A DNA stretch of 64,000 nt, taken from IMG/VR virus record IMGVR_UViG_3300033121_000711, positions 1-64,000 of that record, one strand, 5' to 3'. Position numbers and translations under genes: made by a program. This document shows positions 27,859 to 38,414 of this stretch, piece by piece. Each line of letters starts with the position of its first letter. The stretch's first letter is position 1. The notes beneath the pieces were generated by a model. The model saw only the letters and a list, made by a program, of their open reading frames with translations. It did no database searches and was not told the origin of the DNA. Source of the stretch: a virus. Its lineage: Duplodnaviria > Caudoviricetes.

Positions 27859-30596
27859 AGCCAGACAGGCACTTGGAAGTACCACTCAACGACAGTCTCT
27901 TGCCCATTTTTGATTTTGTAGACTATACGGTTAGCAAAGACCCAAGTTCCTTCACTAACTTCTTCATCGGGGTCTATTTGAAGAACCCATGCTTCGTCTA
28001 CTGTGATAGACTTTCTATCAGTACCTTCAGTATATACTTTTAACTGATAAGGACCTTCACCAGGACCGCCACTTACAACCTTAGCAGGAAAGACCGTTGT
28101 AAGCATGGACGGTGTGATAGGTTGATCTTTAACGATACTCTTATTTAATTGATACTCGACCGTCCCTGTAGGCTTCTTAGACTGTGCAGGTCTAATAAGC
28201 GTATCATCTATTCTTGTAGATATTTCAGGCGACACATTATTCACGTCACTAAATTGACTCGGATCTGTACCCCAAGTATGTGGTCTTCTAGTGACGTGCA
28301 CTGAACCGCCATTACCTGTATCGCCTGATAGTGGCTTATCATGTTCAGGCGTACCTGTAGTCGGTTCTCTGACATTATTATTGAAACTTACGTCGTTACC
28401 ACCACCAGCACGACCAGTTTCAATATCTATTTCAGTAGGCCAGAAATACTGTATAGCCAATCCGCCAGGAAATGCAAACAGGTATTCAGTCATTTCACCA
28501 GCACGAACTGGACACCATAAAGTTAACTGGATTGTATAATCTGCCGTATCTAAAATTGCAGATTCAACAATACAATCAACAGCTGTGTTAGCTATAAATT
28601 TATTAGCAAAATTTAAAGTAACCGTATCCAAAGTTTCAATATTTAAAAACTTAATTGGTACTTTAAAAGAGACCCTTTTAAATGTATTAGAGTCCCGAAT
28701 AAGCCAGAAAACGGCCGATTTCTCGACCAATAATTGTTGATTGTAAATAAAATAATTACGTTCCATTTCATGTAATCCGTAATACTTAATATTGTATCGT
28801 AGGATTACTAGGTTATTATTGTTTTGCTTATAATCTGATTTCCAAGCTGCTTTTACTTTGGTTATAAGATCTTCTGTCTCAGTATAAGAAACTTCTAATG
28901 TCTGTTCTATAATGTCAGATTCTGTTATAGTTGTAACTGCTGTTGATTTCTTAGATAAATATTTAATATGAAAGACATTGTTTTTCAACCAAACAATACA
29001 ACGTGATTGATAAGCAATATCTTGGATAAGACTTATAACATTTGGTCGGTCTAATAAAGCAAAATTAGAAGGATAGGCAGCTAGTAGACTTTGAACTTCA
29101 TTGAAGCTAGTTGTATCATAAGTATGATCTGAATACGTATCAATAAGCCATTTAATAATTGTTACAGTATTTGGCCCTATTGGGCTTGTGCATGTTACAT
29201 ATAGTTCATCATCCCAGCCGAGACTATCACCATTAGCATCGTTTAGCGAAGACAATGCGTTAGGCACTACAATCATTGTTACTGGTAATGTGCCAAAACT
29301 GCATTGTGTCGTATAATATAGATTTGTAGGAACTAGAGATAATTGTTTTATGCCACCATAATCTCTGTAAGCGTAAACAAGTTTCACTGTAACTTGGATT
29401 GTGGCAGCTACAATGTATCTAATATAATCAGGTTCTTCATCAACATCCCCGGCAACTAATCCAAGGATAAGTCTTTGACCGGCAGGATTCCAGAAGAATT
29501 TATCTCTAGCTATATAGAGTGGTGGATCTTCAGAGCCTGCTTCTGGCGGTTCAATGTTTTTATATTTCTCAGTCTCTGGGTGTTCAGTTGAAGTGATATG
29601 GAAAGAATCGCCAAGAAAATATCCTCGATACGTTCCAGATCCTATTCTATAATTACGTTCAACTCCTTGACGGAAAACTGATCCGTTAGTAACACCTATA
29701 ACATTTTTATTATAAGTTTTCTGTTTGTTTAAAATTGTTTGAAGTGCATCATTATTATCTTTGATCTTTTGAGCTTGCAAAAGATATTTATTGCCTTGAT
29801 CTAAATATTGTTTAGCCAATCCACTATAGTATCCAGTACCTTCTTCAATAGATGCGAGATCGTCCAACTCTCCAAGTTTTCTTGCAGTATAAGAAGCTTG
29901 CAGATAACCTAATAAATAGATTTGTGCTAGAGATGCAGCGTAATCAGATTGCTTAACCTGATCTGCAATATGTGGTTCAATAGAGGGATCTTCAATACCG
30001 TGATCGTCAGTTGTCGTAGAGTCTGCGGCATCGCCTTGACGATCTTTATAAGGGATATCATCTATTCGTGTAGCCGGTAATTTTAAAACAGTGCCAAAAA
30101 TTAACGGCCAGACTTTGCCTATCTGATCTTGAGGTAGATTAGAAAACTGTCCTTCTTCTGGTGAGAATCCAACTTCAATATCCGAAGCTTGCGAAATCAC
30201 TGAAAAAGTTAATGTTCTATCTGACTCTTTCCATATTACAGGTGAGGCGATTATACCAGAAAAAAGAACAAACTTATCTGTTATAGGTATGCCTGAAAAC
30301 CATTGATAAATTGTTACTTTCTTGCGATGTATATCTACATTGTTAAAATATTGTTTCATCTGTCCGTCACTATCATCTAATGTGACGGTAACATTTTGTG
30401 ACGTACCGCTTTTGCTGACATTAAGAACATCATCAAAAGCTGAGATACTTAAAATTCTCCCTTCAATCCCCTCAAAAGTTTTATCTCCATAAATTTTAGT
30501 CGAGTTTGTATTCCATTCAATCTCAACTAAACAGATAGGCTCTGTTCCAGTTTTTTGCTGTAGCTTTGTAAGACTGGCTGTTGATATAGTTCTCAC
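27855..30596 (-). CDS. tail tip / baseplate hub protein
   Basis: 913 aa, downstream of the tape measure; WPLIFGTV and LETLDTV.L patterns typical of tail hub proteins. Confidence 0.7.
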   Translation of the reverse strand: MRTISTASLTKLQQKTGTEPICLVEIEWNTNSTKIYGDKTFEGIEGRILSISAFDDVLNVSKSGTSQNVTVTLDDSDGQMKQYFNNVDIHRKKVTIYQWFSGIPITDKFVLFSGIIASPVIWKESDRTLTFSVISQASDIEVGFSPEEGQFSNLPQDQIGKVWPLIFGTVLKLPATRIDDIPYKDRQGDAADSTTTDDHGIEDPSIEPHIADQVKQSDYAASLAQIYLLGYLQASYTARKLGELDDLASIEEGTGYYSGLAKQYLDQGNKYLLQAQKIKDNNDALQTILNKQKTYNKNVIGVTNGSVFRQGVERNYRIGSGTYRGYFLGDSFHITSTEHPETEKYKNIEPPEAGSEDPPLYIARDKFFWNPAGQRLILGLVAGDVDEEPDYIRYIVAATIQVTVKLVYAYRDYGGIKQLSLVPTNLYYTTQCSFGTLPVTMIVVPNALSSLNDANGDSLGWDDELYVTCTSPIGPNTVTIIKWLIDTYSDHTYDTTSFNEVQSLLAAYPSNFALLDRPNVISLIQDIAYQSRCIVWLKNNVFHIKYLSKKSTAVTTITESDIIEQTLEVSYTETEDLITKVKAAWKSDYKQNNNNLVILRYNIKYYGLHEMERNYFIYNQQLLVEKSAVFWLIRDSNTFKRVSFKVPIKFLNIETLDTVTLNFANKFIANTAVDCIVESAILDTADYTIQLTLWCPVRAGEMTEYLFAFPGGLAIQYFWPTEIDIETGRAGGGNDVSFNNNVREPTTGTPEHDKPLSGDTGNGGSVHVTRRPHTWGTDPSQFSDVNNVSPEISTRIDDTLIRPAQSKKPTGTVEYQLNKSIVKDQPITPSMLTTVFPAKVVSGGPGEGPYQLKVYTEGTDRKSITVDEAWVLQIDPDEEVSEGTWVFANRIVYKIKNGQETVVEWYFQVPVWL

Positions 30597-30961
30597 AAGT
30601 CCACCTGAAATGAGAAGCCAGCCTGATAGTCTTCCACACCTTCTTGGGAGACTTCGTCAGCCGGAGTTGTTATAATACAGTTGTTTAAAGTCCGACCTTC
30701 ATAATCTAGTATAGTTATTTTTTGACCTAAGCTATTTCTCATAAAGGTTAAAAGATTGTACAAATCGTTTTGAGTTAAATAGCTGAACTTCCAAGTATAC
30801 GTCACAAACTTAGGCCAATTGCTATCACGAAAAATTACTAAATCACCACCTCTAGTTTTCCTATTTATTCTACGTATCTCTACAGACTCTTTGTCATTAA
30901 AATCTGGATTTCTCAGTGTTACACTATTTAGTCCGTAAGTCAAAGTAATCATTATGAACAC
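30593..30961 (-). CDS. distal-tail-like protein
   Basis: Position and size; similar to the C-terminal domain of 46308-48014. Confidence 0.55.
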   Translation of the reverse strand: MFIMITLTYGLNSVTLRNPDFNDKESVEIRRINRKTRGGDLVIFRDSNWPKFVTYTWKFSYLTQNDLYNLLTFMRNSLGQKITILDYEGRTLNNCIITTPADEVSQEGVEDYQAGFSFQVDL

Positions 30962-31491
30962 TCCGGTGCATTAGGCCCTGTCAATGTTGGAAGTGTTATA
31001 TAGTATTTGTCATAATCTTCTATAATACCGACACCGTAAGAAGATATAACTAAAGTTTGAATTATTTCTATATTTCTTATAACCGTGTAAGTTGCTTCTT
31101 GTGTAAATGTTATTGTTTGTATTGCAGCTTTACAATTATGTACTGTTACTGATTGTTCAATATCTAAAGTATGAGTAATTTGCTCATACTCAACAACTTT
31201 AGCTACTTGACCTATAATCAAATACTGAACAATATCTTGTTGGCCAGCTGACTTATGCCCGCCTTGATGCAGGTCTAAAAACTGAGTAACTGAAATATTG
31301 TTGATAGATTTTCTTACAGAGACGTTTTGAGATAAATGTAAAAAATTTGCGACGCTTAAAAACTGTCTATAGTTTTTTGCACTATCCGTTAAAACTAAAA
31401 CTTGATCAACGAAAAGACTTGTTGGGAAATATTTTGAATTTCCCTGATCAAGAGCTAGAAACTGTACCACCTTCAATTCGTACACTGCCAT
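30952..31491 (-). CDS. minor tail protein with V.Q.L.L.Q repeats
   Basis: Periodic repeats shared with 46308-48014. Confidence 0.55.
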   Translation of the reverse strand: MAVYELKVVQFLALDQGNSKYFPTSLFVDQVLVLTDSAKNYRQFLSVANFLHLSQNVSVRKSINNISVTQFLDLHQGGHKSAGQQDIVQYLIIGQVAKVVEYEQITHTLDIEQSVTVHNCKAAIQTITFTQEATYTVIRNIEIIQTLVISSYGVGIIEDYDKYYITLPTLTGPNAPECS

Positions 31492-31750
31492 CGATATCCT
31501 CCAGATCTAATGTTTGTCCACGAAGATCGTGATGACAGTCATTTAAGAATTCGATTTTACCTTCTTTAACATAATGGTGACAATGAATAATTTCACCACG
31601 CCGACTATAACCTTCAGCTAAAATTGACGGTGAAAATGTTGGCCTATCTAAATCGCCATTCCATTCCCAAATCTTTGAACTGATTTCATGCTCTATGCGA
31701 CAGCCTGGACAATTATAGGAAACAACACTACCTGATACTTTAACTTTCAT
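31448..31750 (-). CDS. DUF6527-like Cys/His metal-binding protein
   Basis: CPGC..EH...WEWNGDLDRPTFSPSIL...CHHYV..G.I.FL.DC.H.L.GQT; GGAG RBS. Confidence 0.75.
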   Translation of the reverse strand: MKVKVSGSVVSYNCPGCRIEHEISSKIWEWNGDLDRPTFSPSILAEGYSRRGEIIHCHHYVKEGKIEFLNDCHHDLRGQTLDLEDIDGSVRIEGGTVSSS

Positions 31751-31766
31751 TTTGACTCCAGAAAGC

Positions 31767-31806
31767 AAAATAGGCGAGCCGAGCGAGTGCCCGGCTCGCC
31801 TATTTT
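31767..31806. terminator. intrinsic terminator hairpin
   Basis: AAAATAGGCGAGCCG...CGGCTCGCCTATTTT. Confidence 0.8.
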
Positions 31807-31809
31807 TAT

Positions 31810-32361
31810 TTACGCATTCAGCGTGTAAGTAACTTTCAACTGGTCTCCATTGACTACCGGAACGTCGGCAGTAAACAGAGCTGTAGACCAAAGATAGCCA
31901 GTCGTTCCACCTTTAGTATTGTTACTGGTGATAAAGATACCCTTAACCGTGCCACTAGAAGACACGTCAAAAGTAGCAGGAGTACCATTAGTCACAGATT
32001 GAGAAGCCGCAGCGTCAGAGCCCCAAGCCACGCGATTGGATTGGCTATAGCTTGTGAACTCTGTCCAGCCACCGTGACTATTCATCACGTCTGTAGCAGC
32101 TAATGCACTGTAACTTGTCAAGTTGATAAGACCAATATACCAACTGGAATTAGCAACTTGCGTTTCATCGTTGAACATGACATCGAAAAGAAGGTTCTTG
32201 CCTTGATTTACGATATCATTAAAAATTGTATAATGGTCGTAGAATTTACCTTCACGAAAATGATCGATATCAAATCGACCTCTAAGATCCAGCTTTTGTC
32301 CTTTAGGACGCTCTTGCATCTTAAGAAACATGGAACCATTTTCAAGTACGATTTTATTCAT
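31810..32361 (-). CDS. virion/tail structural protein (paralog of 45736-46311)
   Basis: WYIGL...HGGWTE...NNTKGGTTG...VVNGD.L.VT. Confidence 0.7.
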   Translation of the reverse strand: MNKIVLENGSMFLKMQERPKGQKLDLRGRFDIDHFREGKFYDHYTIFNDIVNQGKNLLFDVMFNDETQVANSSWYIGLINLTSYSALAATDVMNSHGGWTEFTSYSQSNRVAWGSDAAASQSVTNGTPATFDVSSSGTVKGIFITSNNTKGGTTGYLWSTALFTADVPVVNGDQLKVTYTLNA

Positions 32362-32364
32362 CTT

Positions 32365-35300
32365 TTATCCTAAATTTATTGTACCACGCCGGATACCGCG
32401 ACGTAGACCTTGTGCAATGTTTCTCAACGATTGTCCGTCAGTTTGACCGCCAGACACATTAACAGTTATATCGCCAACATTTGTAACGGGGCCACCGTTA
32501 TTCATATACTTAGGCATACCGCCAGAATTCATAGCTCTAAGTAAAGGTGCAAACATTTTGGTTGCATCTTCATTCATTACATATTCTTTTTTACTCAACA
32601 TGGCAGGCACGTTATCGCTACCTCTCGGCACGAAATTAACAAAACCGCCATATTTCATATACTCTGGAGGCTTACCGCCAAACATACGACCTTCAGCCGG
32701 TACGTTTGGTAAAGCATCTATAGGATTTAGCCCTGGTTGATTATTAAGAGCATTATTTATACGTTCAAGTTCATTAGCATAATTTGCGGCTGCATTAGCT
32801 AAAGTTTGAAAATTAGATTGTACAACAGGTGTTGAATTAATAGATGCTTCAGCCATAGCCCTTAAAGCACCGGGGACATTTTTTAGGCGTTGATCCAAAT
32901 TAGCGGCCGTATTTAAAGCAGCATCTAATTTGTTTTTAGTTTGCTCTATACTTGTAGCAGCTGTAACTAAATCTTGACCAACACCTGTAGATAGTCCTAT
33001 CTGATCTTTTACAGATCTACCTTTATCTGCACCAAAAGATATTTTATCTGGACTTCCAAGATTACGTAATCTAATATATTCCAATGTTGCAGCGTTAAGA
33101 GCTTCAATAGCTTGACGTACTTTGTTAGCGTTTTCAACAGTACGTCCACCAGAGGCGTTAAATGCATCTCTTGCAGCTTTTAAATCGTCAACTTTTTCTA
33201 AGGCTTTATTGCGAGCTGGTTCAGATTCTTTATCGGTTCTTATACCATCTATCTTAATAGGCTTATCAAGACTGGCTTTAAAGACATCTATTTGACGATT
33301 AACACCACTGAGTAGTCTATCTATTTCAGTAGTTTCTTGCCTAATCTTTTCTTGAGCTTTAGTCGCTAAGTTTTCAATATTTTGAATATCTCGTCCAGCA
33401 CCTTCTTGAATCTTTTGAGCAGATTCAACATTTTGTGCTGTTCGTATTTGATTGATAATGCTATCTCTTTGCTTTTGCAAATCGATAAAGACTTGGAATC
33501 CTCTTCCAGGATCTGAATCTTGGGAAGCTAATTCTAATATCTTTTTACGTCGAGTTTCAAACTCGCGTAAAGCACGTTCAGTACCTTCAGGGCCTTTATA
33601 CTCATTCTTTAATTTACCTTCTTTATTGAAGACATCAATCTTCTCAAGAAGCATAAATTGTTGTTGCAGAAGACGTATACGTTCACGTTCTTTAGCTGCA
33701 AGCGACTCTTGCTGTTTTTGCTTATCGCTCTGTACTTGACGATATTGCTCTTCTAAAGCTAATCGTTCTTGTGTCAGAGAATTTATCTGAGATTCAATAT
33801 CTTTTGTTCTAACTGTGAACTCGTAACGAGCTTGACCGTCAGGGCCAATTGTTGGTGCTACTTGTCCTTGTTTTACCCGGAACTCAAACTGTTTTCTTTC
33901 ATTCTCAGTTTGTTTCTGGAATAATTGAGACTGTAACTGTTGAACATCGTTAAATAGTTTTCGACCTTCTTCAGCACCTTCTTTAGTGCCTTTAGCAAAC
34001 TCTTCTCTAGCTTGTGCAGCTAGTTGTAGAATTCTTGCTTTTAATAATTCGATCTGTTGATCGTTAGCTATAAATCCTGTAAAATTGTCTTGATTGCCAG
34101 GACTTGCAAATTTTAATTTTTCGTTAAAAATTGCATTAGAGCCACGTCTTGGTAGATCTTCAGATTCTCTCAAACTTTGACGGATCTCAGACTTAGCTCT
34201 GTTAGCTTCTTCATTGAATCTAGAAACATTACGACGAAGACTTTCAAAATATGTACCAGAACTTGTTTTAAGATTCTCAGTTATAGCTTTCAGATTATCT
34301 GTAGCTACAACCTTAAGTCTATTAGCTTCTTTCAAAACGTTCGTAGAGAAAGTTAAAACAGTTTGGAATCTTTTCTTATACTCTTCTTTAACCTTTTCAG
34401 TTGTTTGACTTACACCTTTTTCTTCAAGTTCACCAATACCTTTACGAACTTTTTCAGCTTCTATAGATGCTTGTTTAGATTTTGAAATCACATTGTCTAA
34501 AGCATCAAGCTGCTTACTAAAGATTTTATCTCCAACATAATAGCTTCCCCCAAAAGCTATAGCTAAAGCGGCAACTGGTGTAGCAGCAGCTAATGCTGCT
34601 TTTGTTACAGCCCCTAATCCTGTTAACATAGCAGGAAAAGAAGTTGTGCTTAAATAAGTGTAAGCTACACTTAGAGCTGTAGTAGTTGCTGTCAGCGTTC
34701 GCTTAGCCAAAGAAGATGCAGCAGTTAGAGCTATTTCAGTTTGCATTGCCGGGTGTAGAGCTATTAAAACACCTCGATAAGCAATATACCCACCAATAGT
34801 TAATTGGATAGTAGCTAATAAGCCTTTAGCAGCATTGGCTGCACCACCCATACCTTCAACAATACGTACTAATCCTTTTAAGAACGGCTCACCAAAATCT
34901 TGCTCAAAATAATTGCGAAGTTGAATCATCTGTTGGGCAGCTCTTTGTCCCGGAGATTCTTGAACTTCTTTTTTAGCGTTCTCGTACTCTTTTTGAGCTC
35001 CTGTGATCTTTCTTAAAGAATCTTGGAAGTCATTAAAGGCCCCACCAGTAAGACCGACAGTTCCTCGAATAGCTCGAATCTGTCCGAGCAAGTCACCAAT
35101 CCTACCAGTACCTTTAGCTGCTTCTTGATCTAATTTCTGTAATACTCCAGCAAATCCAAAAGTAGCAATAGCTGCCGTACCGCTAGAAACACCCCACTCT
35201 TCAAAAAGCTTCTTCATCTCATCTGTAGGACGGATAAGCTTTAAAAGAATATTTTGAATAAGTGTGCTAGAGTCGTTAAATTTAATACCGCGATTTGTTA

Positions 35301-36810
35301 ATACTGCAATAGCAGCAGATACTTCTTCTAGCTTGACACCTGCATCGGAAGCAATTGTACCGACACGTCCAAACGTATCAGCCATTTCGCGTGCTCTAAC
35401 ACGACCTAATTCAATCGTCTTAAATAAGATGGCTGCAATACGTTCAGTATCAGCTAAAGGTAACTGGAAACTCTTTAAAGCACCAGAAAGTAAGTTCACG
35501 GAATCTGTAGCTGTACTAACACTAGCTTGCGAGAAGCCTAAAGCAGATTCTAAGAACTTAAAAGATTCTGCACCTTTAGCTACCTGGTTCGATAATGTTT
35601 GATAAGCTGCTTCTGCAACGTCAGATTGAGTTCTACCAAAAGCATTAGAAAGTTCTGTAATACTGCTGGACCATCGTTGTGTCGATAATTGTGCATCTTG
35701 CGAGATAGTTCTGATCTCAGCAATTTGCAGCATGAATTTTTGAGCTGCTGCAACTGATGCTATAATCTCACCTTCAAATGTCGCAAAAATACGCTTCAAT
35801 AATTGAGCTTCAAGTAATCTTAAAACACCGCCAAGACTGATAAAGATGCTTTTTGTTTCAGCTACTGCTTTATCAGTTTTCTTGAAGCCTTCTATAATAG
35901 TTCTAAGACTATTTGTCAATCTTTGTTCATCAGTTGTAAGATCCGGAATAACTTTCTTAGGATCTGCTTTAACTGTCGCTAAAATTTCAGCAAAACGCTG
36001 AACGCTGACAGCACCTGAAGAAACAATGGCTTTAACTCTAGCAATTGCAGCTTCAACTTGAGAAATCTTAGCAGGGTTGACATCTTCAAATTTAAAATTA
36101 GATTTTAAGACTTCCCCTACTTCTCGACTTTGAGCTTGTTGTTGATTCTTTTTGATTGCAGCATCAACAAGTCTCTTCTGAGCGTTCTCCTCCTCTTTTG
36201 CTGCTGCAACAACTTTCTTAGCGGCTTTTTCTCTAGCATCTGCTGTACGATCTATTTGATTTTGTATAGAGCGTAAGGCCCTGACAATCTTAGCTTCTTC
36301 GGCTGTTAATCCTGGAAACAGAGCTTTAGGGTCTTTGCTGAACTGATCTAATATTCGTTGAAAAGAATCAAGTTCAACTTTACCGCTTGCTACTAGATCT
36401 TTAATACGTTGTATAGCTGAATCTACTGTATTCAAACTACCAGAAGGTAAGCCTCTACCCGTATTAAAACTTTGATCTAAGATAGATTCGACTTGACTGC
36501 CTTTAGCGGCAGTCGCAGCTACTGCACCAGCGTCTTTAGCTTCTTTAATAGATCTGGCAGCTTTAACAACTTTTGTGTTTAAAACTTCCCAACCTGTTGC
36601 AACTTTCTTTAAAGTTGCTTCAACTTTATCACCTTCGGCAGTTATTCCACCGAAGACTTGCTTAACGATTTCACCCTCTTTATTGGCTATCGCCATTTTT
36701 CTAAAGAGGCTTTCAACTGTCGATGAATTCTTTTGTAATGCTTCTATAAGTTCGTTGGATGCTGATTTAACATCAGTAACATCCATACCGATTTGAATTA
36801 TCTGAGCCAC
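32365..36810 (-). CDS. tape measure protein (TP901-type core)
   Basis: 1481 aa, helical and Ala-rich; C-terminal GG..F.PRGSDNVPAMLS..EYVMN. Confidence 0.92.
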   Translation of the reverse strand: MAQIIQIGMDVTDVKSASNELIEALQKNSSTVESLFRKMAIANKEGEIVKQVFGGITAEGDKVEATLKKVATGWEVLNTKVVKAARSIKEAKDAGAVAATAAKGSQVESILDQSFNTGRGLPSGSLNTVDSAIQRIKDLVASGKVELDSFQRILDQFSKDPKALFPGLTAEEAKIVRALRSIQNQIDRTADAREKAAKKVVAAAKEEENAQKRLVDAAIKKNQQQAQSREVGEVLKSNFKFEDVNPAKISQVEAAIARVKAIVSSGAVSVQRFAEILATVKADPKKVIPDLTTDEQRLTNSLRTIIEGFKKTDKAVAETKSIFISLGGVLRLLEAQLLKRIFATFEGEIIASVAAAQKFMLQIAEIRTISQDAQLSTQRWSSSITELSNAFGRTQSDVAEAAYQTLSNQVAKGAESFKFLESALGFSQASVSTATDSVNLLSGALKSFQLPLADTERIAAILFKTIELGRVRAREMADTFGRVGTIASDAGVKLEEVSAAIAVLTNRGIKFNDSSTLIQNILLKLIRPTDEMKKLFEEWGVSSGTAAIATFGFAGVLQKLDQEAAKGTGRIGDLLGQIRAIRGTVGLTGGAFNDFQDSLRKITGAQKEYENAKKEVQESPGQRAAQQMIQLRNYFEQDFGEPFLKGLVRIVEGMGGAANAAKGLLATIQLTIGGYIAYRGVLIALHPAMQTEIALTAASSLAKRTLTATTTALSVAYTYLSTTSFPAMLTGLGAVTKAALAAATPVAALAIAFGGSYYVGDKIFSKQLDALDNVISKSKQASIEAEKVRKGIGELEEKGVSQTTEKVKEEYKKRFQTVLTFSTNVLKEANRLKVVATDNLKAITENLKTSSGTYFESLRRNVSRFNEEANRAKSEIRQSLRESEDLPRRGSNAIFNEKLKFASPGNQDNFTGFIANDQQIELLKARILQLAAQAREEFAKGTKEGAEEGRKLFNDVQQLQSQLFQKQTENERKQFEFRVKQGQVAPTIGPDGQARYEFTVRTKDIESQINSLTQERLALEEQYRQVQSDKQKQQESLAAKERERIRLLQQQFMLLEKIDVFNKEGKLKNEYKGPEGTERALREFETRRKKILELASQDSDPGRGFQVFIDLQKQRDSIINQIRTAQNVESAQKIQEGAGRDIQNIENLATKAQEKIRQETTEIDRLLSGVNRQIDVFKASLDKPIKIDGIRTDKESEPARNKALEKVDDLKAARDAFNASGGRTVENANKVRQAIEALNAATLEYIRLRNLGSPDKISFGADKGRSVKDQIGLSTGVGQDLVTAATSIEQTKNKLDAALNTAANLDQRLKNVPGALRAMAEASINSTPVVQSNFQTLANAAANYANELERINNALNNQPGLNPIDALPNVPAEGRMFGGKPPEYMKYGGFVNFVPRGSDNVPAMLSKKEYVMNEDATKMFAPLLRAMNSGGMPKYMNNGGPVTNVGDITVNVSGGQTDGQSLRNIAQGLRRGIRRGTINLG

Positions 36811-36820
36811 CTGAATCTCC

Positions 36821-37753
36821 TTAGAGTGTTAAATTGGACTTTGAGCCAGATCCAGGATAAGGAGTCATTTTGGCTCCGCGAATATTACCAACAGGGAGTA
36901 AAGGAGTGCCAAATCTACGACGATAACTTGCAGCAGTATTTGTCCCACCCTTACCGACTTGTGAACCTTTTAAATAAATGAATTGTGATGTTAAAATTTC
37001 TGTGATATATGGATACCTTGACGCCGCTTTTTCTAAATAATTCAATGATGCTTGGAATCCAGCATCAAGACTACGCCAAGGAGCACCTATGATTCTAGAA
37101 TAAAAATCATTGATTCTATAGTAACTGATACCTATATCGAAATTGATTTTACAAGTTGTTCCCGATATTTTGAAAACATCACCAATATCTTTAGGGTTAA
37201 CAAATTTAAGAGCATTTGCAGTTGTTTTTAAAACTCTTTGCTTTTTAGCGTAGTAATAATATTCGTTGAATCTCAGATTCTTTAATCTTTTTTCTGTTGT
37301 TTTATTTTTTCGGTACTTTTTCAATGAGGCTCTAACTTCTCGTTGATACTGTCGTCTTTGAGCTTCTTGGCCTGAAGGACTGATTGGTGGTCTTTTATTT
37401 CTAGGATCCTTTTTTGGATCTTCTTCTTTTGGCTTAGCTCTATATCTTGTTAAATGCTCAAAAACTTCTTTTGCAGCTGTTCCTGGTTCTTCCCCTTCTA
37501 AAGAGGCACTATTAAGTAATGCTGAGAGTGCAGGATTTAAGTCGTTTTTATTGTTTCTACCGTAAGCTCTTTTAAGAGGCTTAAAAGCACTTCTTAAGAA
37601 GCCTGTCCTCATAGGAATTCTAGGAAGACAGGCTCTTAAGAAAGCTTTTAACGCCCCTCGCATCTCTTGAAGTAAAAATCTATCAAGAGACTTATCTACA
37701 GCTTTACCGCTGTGTAAAGTCCATAGTTCAGCAGTTGCTGTAAATAGTGGCAT
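36821..37753 (-). CDS. HK97 gp10-like neck/tail completion protein with basic insertion
   Basis: IPMRTGFLRSA motif. Confidence 0.5.
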   Translation of the reverse strand: MPLFTATAELWTLHSGKAVDKSLDRFLLQEMRGALKAFLRACLPRIPMRTGFLRSAFKPLKRAYGRNNKNDLNPALSALLNSASLEGEEPGTAAKEVFEHLTRYRAKPKEEDPKKDPRNKRPPISPSGQEAQRRQYQREVRASLKKYRKNKTTEKRLKNLRFNEYYYYAKKQRVLKTTANALKFVNPKDIGDVFKISGTTCKINFDIGISYYRINDFYSRIIGAPWRSLDAGFQASLNYLEKAASRYPYITEILTSQFIYLKGSQVGKGGTNTAASYRRRFGTPLLPVGNIRGAKMTPYPGSGSKSNLTL

Positions 37754-37968
37754 TAGAATACTCCAAGTTGCTTTGCTTCTTCGATTTGTCTAATCTGATC
37801 GTAAGACAGTAACATTGCTTGTGTTTGCACGTTACAGCTATTCCAATCAGTTTCCACATCCGGTGGTCTTATGCCAAAACGCTCGCAGCTACGCCAAATA
37901 GAGTATTCCATTGTCCTACCATCAGGAATCACGCACTTAAGGACTCCTGCTCCATTGAAAGTAAAAAA
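37753..37968 (-). CDS. tail assembly chaperone gpT segment (-1 frameshift extension)
   Basis: Slippery TTTTTTA at 37962-37968; -1 frame open (TFNGAGVLKCVIPDGRTMEYSIWRSCERFGIRPP...LGVF*) to TAA 37753-37755. Confidence 0.8.
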   Translation of the reverse strand, partial: FFTFNGAGVLKCVIPDGRTMEYSIWRSCERFGIRPPDVETDWNSCNVQTQAMLLSYDQIRQIEEAKQLGVF

Positions 37969-38405
37969 CGATTTCTTGCCTCATCAAGCTTATCTTGATT
38001 AAGGCAATTTGCAGAAGCAACTCCATACTGAATAATATTAATTTCTGTACTATTAAATCCGGAGGCTTTAAGTTCAGTTTGCCAATTTAACCAAGTTTCT
38101 GGCTTATTGATATCTACAGTCTCCCACTCCAATTCTGGAGTAACTTCGAGAGATTTCAATATCATGTAAGCATAACGCATTTCTTGATATTGCTTAATAG
38201 CTTCTTTATAACGTGTATCGTTATACTCTTCACGTCTTTCGCCACCGGGAAGTAAGACTTTAGGTGGCTTTGGCTCTTGAACTGTATCTGTAAAAGGCTT
38301 CATGTCTAATACAGCTTGAGCTTTGAAAACTAGATCACCATCCGGGCGAGGGATGATGATCCATTCATAATTGGCTCCTGCAATCTTTTTACCTTTAAGC
38401 TTCAT
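37929..38405 (-). CDS. tail assembly chaperone (gpG-like)
   Basis: Follows the tail tube genes; has a slippery site near its end. Confidence 0.8.
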   Translation of the reverse strand: MKLKGKKIAGANYEWIIIPRPDGDLVFKAQAVLDMKPFTDTVQEPKPPKVLLPGGERREEYNDTRYKEAIKQYQEMRYAYMILKSLEVTPELEWETVDINKPETWLNWQTELKASGFNSTEINIIQYGVASANCLNQDKLDEARNRFLLSMEQESLSA

Positions 38406-38414
38406 AAATCCTCA

